59,006 nt of DNA, taken from positions 1 to 59,006 of the IMG/VR virus record IMGVR_UViG_3300025770_000022. The stretch is one strand, 5' to 3'. The first letter of the stretch is position 1, and every line of letters starts with the position of its first letter. The notes under the pieces are model-generated. The model was not told the origin of the DNA. It did not search any database and saw nothing but the letters and a program-made list of their open reading frames with translations. The position numbers and the translations under genes were made by a program. Positions 10,401 to 19,210 of the stretch are shown piece by piece. Source of the DNA: a virus.

Positions 10401-12134
10401 AGAACCCGCATTCGTTATTGTTACTGTATCAACAAATCCAGTAGCATCAATCGTACAAGTCGCTTCGGCTTGAATCGCAGTTCCACCATCAGCAACTAAT
10501 ACTCCGAATGGAGCAGAAATAGATATAGTAGGAACAGATTGATAACCAGTTCCAGGTTCGTCTATAACAATACCCGTGACTGAAGCATCAAATCCTATAG
10601 TGCCAGTTGCACCAGCACCACCTCCGCCAGAGATATACATTGTCGGGATGTTTGTGTATTGAGAACCACCACTATTTAATGTCAATGCTGTTACTACACC
10701 ACCAACAACTGTCGCATCTGCCGAAGCATTTACTGTATTAGAATCATTACCACCTTGGAAGGTGATAACAACTGGAACAGTAGCATTCGGGTCAGTTTCA
10801 ACGTCACCAGACTGAAATGATACTAAGTCAGTAAGTGAAAGGTCGTGATAAAGTGATTCTACTACGTTTTGTGAGCCTGCTCCACCAATTGAGGTACAGA
10901 GTTGAGGCATTATCTGGCTAATATTATAAGAATTAGATAGTGCAGGTAAGGCTACATTAGCGCCATAGTTAATAGGAATCTTGATTGTATCGCCGGGGTT
11001 TAGTCCGTGATTCAATGAATAAACAAATCTGTGGTTAGTCGTACTGGACAATCTTCCTTCTTCGAGCGGGTGAAAAGTACAGTGAAAATATAAATCGTGA
11101 TATCCATCTACTACCCAAGCCCACTGTTCACCAGGTGAAAGGTCAGGAGAAGCAAAGGATATATTATCATCAGAAACAGCATTGTGAACCAATATGTTTG
11201 TATCTGGATTATTAAATATGATTGTGTCGCCTTCTCTCGCTTCGAGATGGTAAGGGACAAGAATATGTGTTTGTGTGTTCGGGTCGTTAATTGCGCCTTC
11301 GAACCAGTGACCGCCTGTACTTGTACAAGCAGTTTCCATTGCGACAATTGAAGTCAGATATTCTGGTGTGATTACTGTCCAAGTCTCGCCAACACCTTCA
11401 CAAGTTGCTTGGTCAGAGATTGAAGGATTATTAGAACAACTGCTACAAGTAGGACGAACTAGAAGTTCGTCTTCTATTACAGAAGCAACAAATGTTCTTG
11501 GGGCTGGTCCACCACCAACTTCTGAGAAAGTCGCTGTATCAGGAGCAAGCATATCGACCATATTTTTAGCACCTGAAATAAGGTCCCAGTTAACATCATT
11601 AACTGTAAGGTCGTATGAAAATTTGTATTGAGTATTTGGTTTAAGATTTGCTTCAAACCAAGCAAGAGCAACCTGTTGACCATCGGTGTAAGCATCAACA
11701 ATCTGAGTTCCCTCAGTAAAGAACCTGTCGAATTGGTATGCAATACCATTCGCCCAAGGACTTGCTACGTTAATTGGTTCATCAAAACCACTATTCTTGA
11801 GCAATTCAACTTCAAACGCATCTGCGGCAAAAGAACTATTTTGAACAAGGTTAGAGGATTCATATGTTATATCGAGACCACCATTCTCAATCATTTCTGT
11901 TGGTGATACGAATTGTTGTGAACGGCCTGCGACATTAATTAGAAAATCTTTATATTCTGGCAAATGTTCTAGGTTTTCCATTACCTCTAAAGACTTCAGC
12001 ATAAGAGCCAAATCCTTAACAAGAAGGTCAGGAGCATCCAATTTAATGTTCAAAGAGTCCAAGAAGGAACTCTTCTGTTGCTCTATAGTGTTTAATTCTA
12101 ATAGACTGAATTTGTGACCTGTATAATGTGCCAT
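4422..12134 (-). CDS. Giant multidomain virion/fibre protein (2570 aa): CBM-like beta-sandwiches, two cupredoxins, His-triad modules, Cys repeats, C-terminal IPT/TIG-like domains
   Basis: HNAV..HCTFHPLEEG and GHPF..YYQCGWHASM cupredoxin motifs; L(L/V)xN(S/G)xF...YxxSYD CBM-like segments; multiple HxH; CSxxxYxxxxxCxxxxGTWT repeats. Confidence 0.8.
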   Translation of the reverse strand: MAHYTGHKFSLLELNTIEQQKSSFLDSLNIKLDAPDLLVKDLALMLKSLEVMENLEHLPEYKDFLINVAGRSQQFVSPTEMIENGGLDITYESSNLVQNSSFAADAFEVELLKNSGFDEPINVASPWANGIAYQFDRFFTEGTQIVDAYTDGQQVALAWFEANLKPNTQYKFSYDLTVNDVNWDLISGAKNMVDMLAPDTATFSEVGGGPAPRTFVASVIEDELLVRPTCSSCSNNPSISDQATCEGVGETWTVITPEYLTSIVAMETACTSTGGHWFEGAINDPNTQTHILVPYHLEAREGDTIIFNNPDTNILVHNAVSDDNISFASPDLSPGEQWAWVVDGYHDLYFHCTFHPLEEGRLSSTTNHRFVYSLNHGLNPGDTIKIPINYGANVALPALSNSYNISQIMPQLCTSIGGAGSQNVVESLYHDLSLTDLVSFQSGDVETDPNATVPVVITFQGGNDSNTVNASADATVVGGVVTALTLNSGGSQYTNIPTMYISGGGGAGATGTIGFDASVTGIVIDEPGTGYQSVPTISISAPFGVLVADGGTAIQAEATCTIDATGFVDTVTITNAGSEYTGPPAVTFVGGSPTVNALATGSVDGSITSLTLEQGGTGYGSGGSTTGGGAVVGVGERKWEDYIITAVQKGDARVDVFFDDVNVIGHIHTGELTTAEYATIQTGTNVISMSTTDGTGSGDNSPHAHSVTYNWDPALNNGAGGMYIVGMTGSHTHGMSEYYVIEGGTNIELTNFGHYHQLLLDITDEATLKASPLTGVTQDTDGTWSHTGGATKIGTSNYGTSDPQHFHTVEFGCIDPANDTYLIISIDQHIHDFDRVYYPGSSQFTVGKYDFALGGDDLNPSTIATPFTDIAGYVKKERGIESDGHQLKAGDKIHYTNVYNGIHHGNTNYFVDYVIDWDHFALTETVIYPLENAPGTTPTFFNVIESYEVVADMASFRYEVERDLTNHVGDPFISGVEVLWSRPRTVKSVNHALSVGDVVQLPSGPQPYTPTELPGAMMNHTVVALGDGYGPTDGFEIIVDTQSTITAADPGQTTVEGAQDSPWFWSWHDMSNISYYPYQRDIAEHEAFGGNEGTAGGFDLFRGGKYTFVNNAWSSSGHVTAPDPFTGVMQDMYMHAAGIKAIPGGGWDNLVQAGMTRGLGEPNEGYHCVNKNASHGLTIETGALNDFVSLEDNPGTWVSDQPFPVCMGLSGWCEELDVTGWYYNGVDDYSVCTALNPNEDVGLAQWRVSQWIGNFSKEFTWKIPEDFGLTGADGVSGFGPFVPPGETNLYYAVEDDGGLYKFDKEGMIEGTNRTLNLYRGATYRFRVNAPGHPFYITTDDGSHFTPGAYFGEYLLGVTGSRGEEGAGVQTDPGSKFGLDAAGVPKYEIVEFTVPSVAPDTLYYQCGWHASMVGTFNIIDIPVVNAGDDIVVYYHHGQENMYTPLHIKDKIQIDNGTGNDYFQVQPEPANAFPVAGTQADLLQLGNLVTATGLGALPKIQAMNIELGTIQYIDPVTMIKGANSEQFLVTNNHEGLAKVYMSVDINQRSNILLDNVSFKEVVWTETGSWEVNGGTAHTTDGTAAHIEQLVTGTVQDGITYEIQYDIIESFKDVFGAENGTLTASLMGDTTIVGTANTLVGHYSETVVAPNNTAILRLSNTGIGKIDNISIRERVTGQNAWYMGEGWQSINGKAYLDGTILSDTEINQTVVFTPGKLYEVKYTLADMDPSDNGMTGRLRVALGSDTTHKIANWNLDIVDPLQINWTASGVDVSITNAVMNFNSSVNGTMTYTLENNLVKNSSYETTLDCVLETHNILTFQVGPGPNGSHSHQFQITQVDADWLMADATRTRTFPQTDAYHADTYTHEFTISYDTGSYILVSQTIPEGHETLALIGTSANNPSIEILIGGVLQKTITTSGIHHLDLIGEASDQFVLRMNGTGLINSVSLHEEDIPVLDADTTGLVPSGQRTHHVRAGSADSKIHFISTVDNNRPENYSPYYTNTGFQGSIDDVSVREIEEKWTFSPQQGAEAYVNQNTQQIYTSGVGTSARGIAHISFEVTDKLNYKVSFDIDRPTDSIVKIGPTPDSDAYGSMVIAANDTDGSKDFIFTAPVTGNAFLTLSTTGNGFTYWDNISVKSVPNLSSDEYLLLARSMNVFGVPIGGEERWANNHLDMKNADYVGQPIAGMRTLESFGESVVEDYYDVNKRSNEILNPPIMISTMSIEFGNRAVSAITPSCSNPLYYNSVDCETINGAWTGLATEFCSDGIYTTEAGCVEPFGTWTAGSCSASANNTEADCIMEGTCSNPVYNNNETNCLAQGTCSIGSYYDQVSCENNAGTWTSANNTWTSANNTWTPGTCTDVSYTTEATCIAPRGTWTPEVPAHCSDANFTTEAECIAPRGTWDTTVVSAMAGDTVEVVGDGIDPLWTITLGGVEQVSQAVLLPTKVNFVINPLTPLGDQEFIITNTDGDTATAPTLFNVRDTLRIISVTEIDPSNWFILGAGFVSGGNGTVVWVELTSTPGTGPVANSPSYQFTDVNNLAMVDDQGGLASGTYDVIVENADGTQFREVSSLVIP
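5086..5132. repeat. 21-bp tandem repeat (2 exact copies + 5 bp) encoding TWTSANN
   Basis: gtccaagtattattcgctgaa at 5086-5106 and 5107-5127, then gtcca. Confidence 0.95.
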
Positions 12135-12155
12135 TTTTATATTATTTCCTATAAA

Positions 12156-12353
12156 TTATTCGGACGCTAGTTCGCTGGTGTAGTTCAACTGCATAGAGGT
12201 GGTAACATACGGGTCACTAACTCCTAACATTTCAAATTCTTGCATCCTAACAAAATTATTTTGCTGTTGAATCATTATGTTGGTACGTTCACGCCACGTT
12301 TTGAAGGTTTCATCCTTTCTTACGTACGGTATAGTTGTGGTTCCAGTTGCCAT
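12156..12353 (-). CDS. Small virion protein with a fibre N-terminal-like motif (DETFKTWRERTN)
   Basis: 65-aa ORF tightly packed in the structural operon; motif resembles the DTFxxWRxxTN start of T4-like fibre proteins. Confidence 0.6.
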   Translation of the reverse strand: MATGTTTIPYVRKDETFKTWRERTNIMIQQQNNFVRMQEFEMLGVSDPYVTTSMQLNYTSELASE

Positions 12354-12359
12354 AAAGTC

Positions 12360-12572
12360 TTAATCCCCTCGGTTTTCAATCAAATCGTACACAAGTTTTT
12401 TTAGTCCCTTTATTTCGCTTCTCATACTATTTATAACTCTTCGAGAATCCGTTTGAACTTGTTGTGCTTCTTTCTGCTTTTTGATTGCAATTTTGCGTTG
12501 TTTATATGCTCCAGAGTCAGTAAATATGACTGCGCCAGTTCTTGGGTCTTTTGTATATGTTGGTTCCGCCAT
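12360..12572 (-). CDS. Conserved small hypothetical protein (KDPRTGAVIFTD + coiled coil)
   Basis: 70-aa ORF directly downstream of the DUF4815 gene, a usual position in T4-like aquatic phages. Confidence 0.65.
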   Translation of the reverse strand: MAEPTYTKDPRTGAVIFTDSGAYKQRKIAIKKQKEAQQVQTDSRRVINSMRSEIKGLKKLVYDLIENRGD

Positions 12573-12582
12573 AATCTATCTC

Positions 12583-15500
12583 CTATGTCAGTGTCAATAC
12601 TCTCATCTCTCGTACTGCTGGTAAATAGCACGGATGAGTCGTATGTAATTCAATTTTAACTCTAAAATGGTCAAATTCGTGAGACACTTTCTTCAATGGA
12701 GTGAAGGTATGCTCAATAAATTCCATATTAGTTTGGATAGATGAGTTTGTAATCGTCACACCACTGTCTTTCATCTCCCTCCACGATACTGGTTCTTCTT
12801 CGATAACAGCAAGTCCGATAGGATAATCAGGATGTTCCGTTGGAACAATTGAATCAATCTCTAGTACAGGAACTTCTTGTTTAGAATATGTGCCATCAGC
12901 ATTAATGACTTTCTCATAAAACTTTCTATTCAAATCATCATCCCAAACTCCGAACCAAACATCTCCAACATCATATAATGAGAGGTCTGTTCCAGCACCT
13001 TGACCAGATGTGGTTACGTCTGAAGTTGCTCCTGCCAAATCTTTTCGACTTATGAAACACGTTCTAATGATTGATTTCATATTAGATATATCAACTAGGT
13101 GCATCATCGTTAAGTTGGCTGGGTCGTCATCACCATCTACATATGCGGTAGAGACTTCAGCACTAACACCCTGTCCAGGATTCGCTATGACTCCGTTCCA
13201 GTTAGCAATACCAGAGCCTTGGGCCGTGATAGTATTTTCAGGACTATTTGCTCCAGAAGGATAAATGTGTGCGTAATACTCTTCAAAATCATTCACGTTG
13301 TAATCACCGTGGGTGATGGTATTCGCATATGGTTGAGTAGTAATATATCTTGGAATAACTGTACCTGTATCGTAGTAAACTTTGACGTATGTATTAGGAA
13401 CTTCTTGTACACTAAGGAACATTTGCAAGTCACTAGCGAAATTCGCCAACTTGACATCCTTAGATTGATAGATTCCCATTTGATTCTTGACAGTTGGAGC
13501 CGTATCGTAAATAATATTATTGACTAGAACTGTGCTTAATCTCTCTTTATTTAGTACAGGAGTAAGATTAGTATTATCGGTTTTAAATGTAGTATTGTAT
13601 GATATTGGAGTATATTGATAACCAGAAGCAATCGTATGACTACCGTCTAGAGATACAACATTTTCAAGTATGACATCTTCGTTATCTAAAACTCCACCAT
13701 ATATATTATTAATATCTCCGTTAACAACACCCTCTATATCTAAACTCGTTCCCGAAAGAACAAGTGGTTGAAAATTGGGCATAAATGATGCCGCTAATTT
13801 AGTATCACCGTATGGCTTCATATCAAGTTGGAGGTCGCCAGTAGGGGTAAAGGCACATTTATTCATATCGAATTTAATGTCTTTTAATTGCTCTGCGGTC
13901 CAAGTTGTGTTATTCTGAGAAGTAAATAGGCTTCCAAGATATGGTTGTTCACTAATATATTTACCACTTAGCAAATCAACTTCTCCTAATTCAGAAATCC
14001 ACATATTATATTTTAGGGAATCCGATATCACAACAAAACAATACTCAGTCCCGTTCATTAGATAAATTGGGTCTGCGAATTGGAATCGTGTGCTTACTGC
14101 TCCCGTTGTGGAAGTAGAAACATCTTCAGGATAAAGCATCTTAGATGCCATCGGCACAACCGTTGTAGTCGGATAACCATTTGACATTGTTCTAATTTCT
14201 ACTCGAACAGGAGTCTCTTCGTCATCTTTTGACCAGAAGAATAAATCGATTGAGTCTACAAATACTCCACCATCTTCGTCTGCTACTAAGAATGATTCTG
14301 CTACTGGGTCATACCACTCTGTTACATTTCTTGTTGTTCTACTTGTTCCAGATGTATCGCTTCTAGAAATTGTTCTGGTTTCACCTAATATAGCCCGAGT
14401 ATCACTTATGGCTTCATCAACCCTGTAACTTTCTAGTGTAGATAGAATATCTCTCTGCCGTCTATCAAGAGTACCAGCAGATGTAAATACTCCTACTGCT
14501 TGTGTAGTCATTAATTCTGGTGAAGTGAAATTGTCTTTCATTGCGAGTATCTTCATACCCGTTCTGATTCTAACTCCGTCTGCACCTTCTGAAGGAATCT
14601 GTAATACTGCGTTTCTTAGTCTACCAGCAGTATCAGTCCAAACAGCGTCACCCATTGCTCCTCCGTCTGGAGTAATATAAGCATCGACATTAATCTCATC
14701 AAATTCAAAGTGCATCTGAGTTGATGGACGTAATTTATCTACATCGATAGTTACAGGTACACTTCTCATCCAAGGAATAGCAGAACTGTCTACAAATCTA
14801 TCACCGACTTGTGTGCGAATATCATTGATTTCCATATGAGACTTCGTACCAGTTCGTAATTGATTATTTGTTTGTTGTTGATTCTGGTCCCAAGTATCAA
14901 CCTTTGTAATTTGTCTCCAAACAGTCCGTTGTCGAGTAGGTCGATTATTAATGGTTCCCGAGCCCCAATGCCTTCCAGTTTCAAATGCTCGTTCAGTAGT
15001 TCCACTGCCACCACCAAAACTAAGATTACCACCAAAGGTGATTGTTTCCGCACCTTCACGAACATTCTGTCTTCCACCAACGTCTGCCCATCCAGACCAT
15101 TGAGTCTGCCAAGCATTCCATCGAGTCTGTGTTCCAAAAGTTTCTACTTGTTGAGTTACAGCATTGTTATTTTCATTCTGAATAATAACATCTGGCATAT
15201 AAAGTTCTTCAAACCAAGTATCAGATTGAGGAGTTAATGTACAGAATCCAACCCAAGATTTACGAGCAAATGGATTCAAGTTAATAACTTGTGACCCCAT
15301 CGGCTGAGTAATCCACGCTTCAATAACATCAAAGTCTAGAGTATATGTCAGATTATTTAATTTAACATTAGATTTTACACCACCTACCATATCCATACCA
15401 TACATTTCGTAGGGTACAGTACATATTCCTGCTTCTGGATAAATAGCACAATAATATGCTTCATCGATAACATCACCAATACCGTGGTCAACAAACGGGT

Positions 15501-18021
15501 CAACTAAGATACCATTTTTATATCTTAGTAATCCTGCCGTGTCAAGCACCTGCATATCGGCAGTAGTCTTTTCTAGAAGATTAAGTGCAGTGTAGTATTC
15601 TAAATTTTCAAGTCTATTTTCTATGCCACGAATATCTTGCATCGTAAATCTTTTATTCTTTACGTGAGATACATTAATATTCTTGTGGTTATATGTGTAC
15701 GCTGGTACAAATATATTATACAAGGTCATCTCATTCAATTCTTCAGTAGGAAGAACTGGTTCAGTAGAAGGGAAGCCTTGTTTAATCTGTATCTTTCCAT
15801 CGTCATTAATTGTCAGTCTATCTTTTCGTGGGAGATAGAAATCATAAGATACTGAGATGTTAGAAGAAGGTAGTGGCAAATATGTGCCAACTGCGTAATC
15901 GTCATCCGATGCTCTAAAGTCCATCCCATCAGCGGAAGGGTGACTCAATCCTGTTGAGTCTCTATATCCAAAAATGTCATCATAAGTGATACCAGAATCT
16001 GTATAACTGTTTACACATCTATATTGAGCGGTTGTGATATTACCAAGAATATAATGTTTATATGTTACTGTATATGTGCCAGGTTGACTTGGGTTAACTG
16101 CATCGTTCCAAGTTAATAGTGCATCGTTCAAAGAAGTATCAGTATCACCAGTTGTGAAGGTAAATGATGAAGTTACATCCGTAGTATCAGGTGCGATAAT
16201 AGAAACAATTTCTTCAACTGCGTGTGCAATTGTTAATGTGTCAGTAAGTGAAAGAACATAATCGGTTGATGTTGTAGATTTTGTCAATGCTCTCCAAGAA
16301 GCATTTGACATATACATATCTGCCATAATAGAGATATTATGTCCAGACAAATTCGTTGATGTGTTACCTGTGACTTGGTCTACTATTTCAATAAGTGCAG
16401 TTGTATTTCCTGTTAAGTCAGCCCTCCACGTATCACCAGAAGCGACAGTACCATATTGAGGTATAACTTGGTTTGTAAATTCGTCCCAGATATAAAGAAC
16501 TCGTTCCCAGTGCATATCATTGAAAACTGCGGGTACTGAAGCAACTGCTCCAGATAAGATAGCGGTTAAATTCTTTTGTGTAGAGTATGTTACTTGTCCT
16601 AGAGATAGTGCAGAAGTAATTGAATGGACCTTATAAATCCAAGGATAATTAACACCCTTACTAACTGCGATACCAGTTGGACGAGAGATTTTTGCGTATA
16701 CATCGGCATTCGTTTCAGAAACAATATATTGAGCGGGTGCGATAGCATCGAGGCCAGTATTGTTTTCTAGATAAATTCTGAATGCGTTGCCGTACTTTGT
16801 AACGTGTGTGATACGTTTTCTTATTCCGATAGTATTAACTGGACTCGTTGCAGAAGTGTAACCCGTGTCAGTAACAAGGATAACATATTCTTTATTCACA
16901 ACATTAAACACGCCGTGCATATCATCAATAGATGCTACTTCAAAGTATGGTCCAAATTCAGGATTGATATGGTCATTCGCTACGTGGCGAGTTGTTCTTG
17001 CCCTATCTGCTTCTACAGTTAGAGGAACTAAGAGTTCGTGTTCATATCCATTAATGTATGCTTTAGATGGGTCAACTTTAATAGAATACTTATCAACCGT
17101 ACTTCCCGTTTTAAATTCAATTGGGAATGGATTAATAGTATAGTTGCCAGACTCATCGAATGTTCGTTGAGCCATTTCATTACTAAGAAGTGAATAGTCA
17201 GTAGCCTCATACTTAGTAGTAATGATGCCATTCGTGACATCCATCATCCACAACCACTTATTAGATTCAGCGGAGTTGGCCTCTGCAATCAATGTAAGAG
17301 AAATTTGATATCTATCTCCACCTGGTGCATTCTGATTATAGAAACCAGAAGCAGGGTCAAGCAATCTTGGGTCAGTCGTTGATGCTACAATAGTTTCTTC
17401 AATATCGAATCCAACTTTTAATGTTGGTGTTGCAGAAATTGGGTCTAAGAAAATAGTTTGTGCTAGAATAGGAGTGAAGAAATTATCTAGCCAATAAACA
17501 CCGTTATCAACTCTTGCTTCTAGTCCTTGTCCTGTTCCTACGATGACGCCTGCTTTATATATTTGAGTCGCATCGTACCAATTGTTATCAGCACATTCAC
17601 CGTTTACATCAAAGCCGCCTTCACAAACAGTATCGTAACTTAATAGATTTTCGTTTGCTTGAAATTGTCCAGAAAGTATTCTGTAGTAATAGATAGGTTG
17701 CGTTTCATCATCGTGAAGTTGAGTAATTTCTGCAACTGCATTAGATGTTTCACCATAAACAATACGATTCAACCAAGAGGTATCAACCACAGCAAGTTGC
17801 ATCCATTCTCTTTTAGCAACACTAACTTCTCCGCCTACAACGGCAGAGCCATTCTTCCATATATGATTCGCAGAAGCGGACATTTGATTCTGAAGAATAG
17901 ATTGTATTTGAGTTAATTCTCTGGCCTGAACTGCTCGACCAGGATTAAACAGAATCTTTAAAAATTTGTCATCCGCATTATAGTCATCATAATATGGAGA
18001 TGTGTTGAAGTTATATGCCAT
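12583..18021 (-). CDS. DUF4815/VrlC-like large virion structural protein (1812 aa)
   Basis: N-terminus NTSPYYDDYNADDKFLKILFNPGRAVQARELTQIQSILQNQ; later RYKNGILVDPF, DPVAESF, SLFTSQNNTTWT motifs. Confidence 0.85.
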   Translation of the reverse strand: MAYNFNTSPYYDDYNADDKFLKILFNPGRAVQARELTQIQSILQNQMSASANHIWKNGSAVVGGEVSVAKREWMQLAVVDTSWLNRIVYGETSNAVAEITQLHDDETQPIYYYRILSGQFQANENLLSYDTVCEGGFDVNGECADNNWYDATQIYKAGVIVGTGQGLEARVDNGVYWLDNFFTPILAQTIFLDPISATPTLKVGFDIEETIVASTTDPRLLDPASGFYNQNAPGGDRYQISLTLIAEANSAESNKWLWMMDVTNGIITTKYEATDYSLLSNEMAQRTFDESGNYTINPFPIEFKTGSTVDKYSIKVDPSKAYINGYEHELLVPLTVEADRARTTRHVANDHINPEFGPYFEVASIDDMHGVFNVVNKEYVILVTDTGYTSATSPVNTIGIRKRITHVTKYGNAFRIYLENNTGLDAIAPAQYIVSETNADVYAKISRPTGIAVSKGVNYPWIYKVHSITSALSLGQVTYSTQKNLTAILSGAVASVPAVFNDMHWERVLYIWDEFTNQVIPQYGTVASGDTWRADLTGNTTALIEIVDQVTGNTSTNLSGHNISIMADMYMSNASWRALTKSTTSTDYVLSLTDTLTIAHAVEEIVSIIAPDTTDVTSSFTFTTGDTDTSLNDALLTWNDAVNPSQPGTYTVTYKHYILGNITTAQYRCVNSYTDSGITYDDIFGYRDSTGLSHPSADGMDFRASDDDYAVGTYLPLPSSNISVSYDFYLPRKDRLTINDDGKIQIKQGFPSTEPVLPTEELNEMTLYNIFVPAYTYNHKNINVSHVKNKRFTMQDIRGIENRLENLEYYTALNLLEKTTADMQVLDTAGLLRYKNGILVDPFVDHGIGDVIDEAYYCAIYPEAGICTVPYEMYGMDMVGGVKSNVKLNNLTYTLDFDVIEAWITQPMGSQVINLNPFARKSWVGFCTLTPQSDTWFEELYMPDVIIQNENNNAVTQQVETFGTQTRWNAWQTQWSGWADVGGRQNVREGAETITFGGNLSFGGGSGTTERAFETGRHWGSGTINNRPTRQRTVWRQITKVDTWDQNQQQTNNQLRTGTKSHMEINDIRTQVGDRFVDSSAIPWMRSVPVTIDVDKLRPSTQMHFEFDEINVDAYITPDGGAMGDAVWTDTAGRLRNAVLQIPSEGADGVRIRTGMKILAMKDNFTSPELMTTQAVGVFTSAGTLDRRQRDILSTLESYRVDEAISDTRAILGETRTISRSDTSGTSRTTRNVTEWYDPVAESFLVADEDGGVFVDSIDLFFWSKDDEETPVRVEIRTMSNGYPTTTVVPMASKMLYPEDVSTSTTGAVSTRFQFADPIYLMNGTEYCFVVISDSLKYNMWISELGEVDLLSGKYISEQPYLGSLFTSQNNTTWTAEQLKDIKFDMNKCAFTPTGDLQLDMKPYGDTKLAASFMPNFQPLVLSGTSLDIEGVVNGDINNIYGGVLDNEDVILENVVSLDGSHTIASGYQYTPISYNTTFKTDNTNLTPVLNKERLSTVLVNNIIYDTAPTVKNQMGIYQSKDVKLANFASDLQMFLSVQEVPNTYVKVYYDTGTVIPRYITTQPYANTITHGDYNVNDFEEYYAHIYPSGANSPENTITAQGSGIANWNGVIANPGQGVSAEVSTAYVDGDDDPANLTMMHLVDISNMKSIIRTCFISRKDLAGATSDVTTSGQGAGTDLSLYDVGDVWFGVWDDDLNRKFYEKVINADGTYSKQEVPVLEIDSIVPTEHPDYPIGLAVIEEEPVSWREMKDSGVTITNSSIQTNMEFIEHTFTPLKKVSHEFDHFRVKIELHTTHPCYLPAVREMRVLTLT

Positions 18022-18109
18022 TCGCTATTATCCTAAATATGTTCCTATCATCTTTAATGTTCCCTCCCCACTTTTGGAGAGAGAACATATATAACATCCT
18101 AAAGTATTC

Positions 18110-19120
18110 TTAGAATTCTACTACGAGTTTCAAATCCTCAATCTGGTCAGATGCACGAGTAATAGCACGCCTGTTCTCAAGATAAATCAACTGTCCACTA
18201 TCGCTTTCTAAACTTACGTCTGCATCAGCATATACGGATGCTTGGGCTTTCGTTCCGCCACCAGCAAGTTCTGGATTACGCAAGAGTCCGATTTGTCGAA
18301 AGTCATCGTTCTCTGGGAATCCGTCTGAAGTCTCAAGTCTAACGTGAATCAATCCGTGGTGAGTTTTCGCTGTAAATATAGAATCTACATCACCGAAATC
18401 GGCCTGCTCAGACCCTGCAAGAACTCCTGTACCTGAAATAACTGGCATCCAGTCATTGGTAGTAGAGTTAATAATGTCGTTCAATTCTAGTTTATATAAG
18501 AATGTCCACGTATAGTTGTCAGATGTAGTAATCGCTTGAGCAACTAGTCCAGCGGCATCTCCAGTAAAGCCAGTTGGCTCTTCAGAAGCACCAGTAGGTA
18601 ACCAAAGTCCACCTAAAGTACCTTCACAAGTTGTTCGTGAAACAGCAGTTCCGCCATCAAAGACTCCACCAATATAGCATTTTCCGCCAGATGGTTCGCC
18701 TGTACACATATAAACTCGATATTCAGAATTCATCACAATACTGTGACTTCCGATTTTTGAAACAAAAGAACGGCCAGGTTCATCAATTCCTGTGATGCCG
18801 TTTGCGGCATCTCCGTCAAATGCGATAGTATCACCTGTTTCCCAGTTAATACGTGGAAGCACGGGTGAGATATCATCATTCTGAATTCGCTTGGTACCAA
18901 CAATGTCAGTCCAATATTGTGATTCATCCTCATCAAGAGGGTCAGGTAGAGTAAAGTTACCTGAACTTTCGTCATTTCCTTGAGCATCATTAGGCCAAGC
19001 GTCATTTCGCCCAAACCCTAGATACAGGAAGTTGTCGTCAACAGAACCAGTAGTTTTGAACTGGTCGATGAAAACCATCAAGTTCTGTGTTCTGAATTTA
19101 CTGGTTACAATTGCACCCAT
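18110..19120 (-). CDS. gp8: Baseplate wedge subunit
   Basis: AIVTSKFRTQN..YLGFGRNDAW..WTFLYKL..FRQIGLLRNP..IYLENRRAITRASDQIEDLKLVVEF. Confidence 0.9.
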   Translation of the reverse strand: MGAIVTSKFRTQNLMVFIDQFKTTGSVDDNFLYLGFGRNDAWPNDAQGNDESSGNFTLPDPLDEDESQYWTDIVGTKRIQNDDISPVLPRINWETGDTIAFDGDAANGITGIDEPGRSFVSKIGSHSIVMNSEYRVYMCTGEPSGGKCYIGGVFDGGTAVSRTTCEGTLGGLWLPTGASEEPTGFTGDAAGLVAQAITTSDNYTWTFLYKLELNDIINSTTNDWMPVISGTGVLAGSEQADFGDVDSIFTAKTHHGLIHVRLETSDGFPENDDFRQIGLLRNPELAGGGTKAQASVYADADVSLESDSGQLIYLENRRAITRASDQIEDLKLVVEF

Positions 19121-19174
19121 TTTACTAACTCCTTAAATTATTATGTTCTGCTATCATTTGATATTTATCAGAAC

Positions 19175-19182
19175 TATTTATA
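19175..19182 (-). promoter_or_regulatory. T4-type late promoter TATAAATA
   Basis: Exact motif between gp7-like and gp8. Confidence 0.65.
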
Positions 19183-19210
19183 CGTTTGTTTAATTAAAAT
19201 ATTCACAACT

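Noticed and set aside
18055-18092. Imperfect hairpin between gp8 and the DUF4815 gene
   Set aside because: No U-tract and a weak stem; function cannot be assigned
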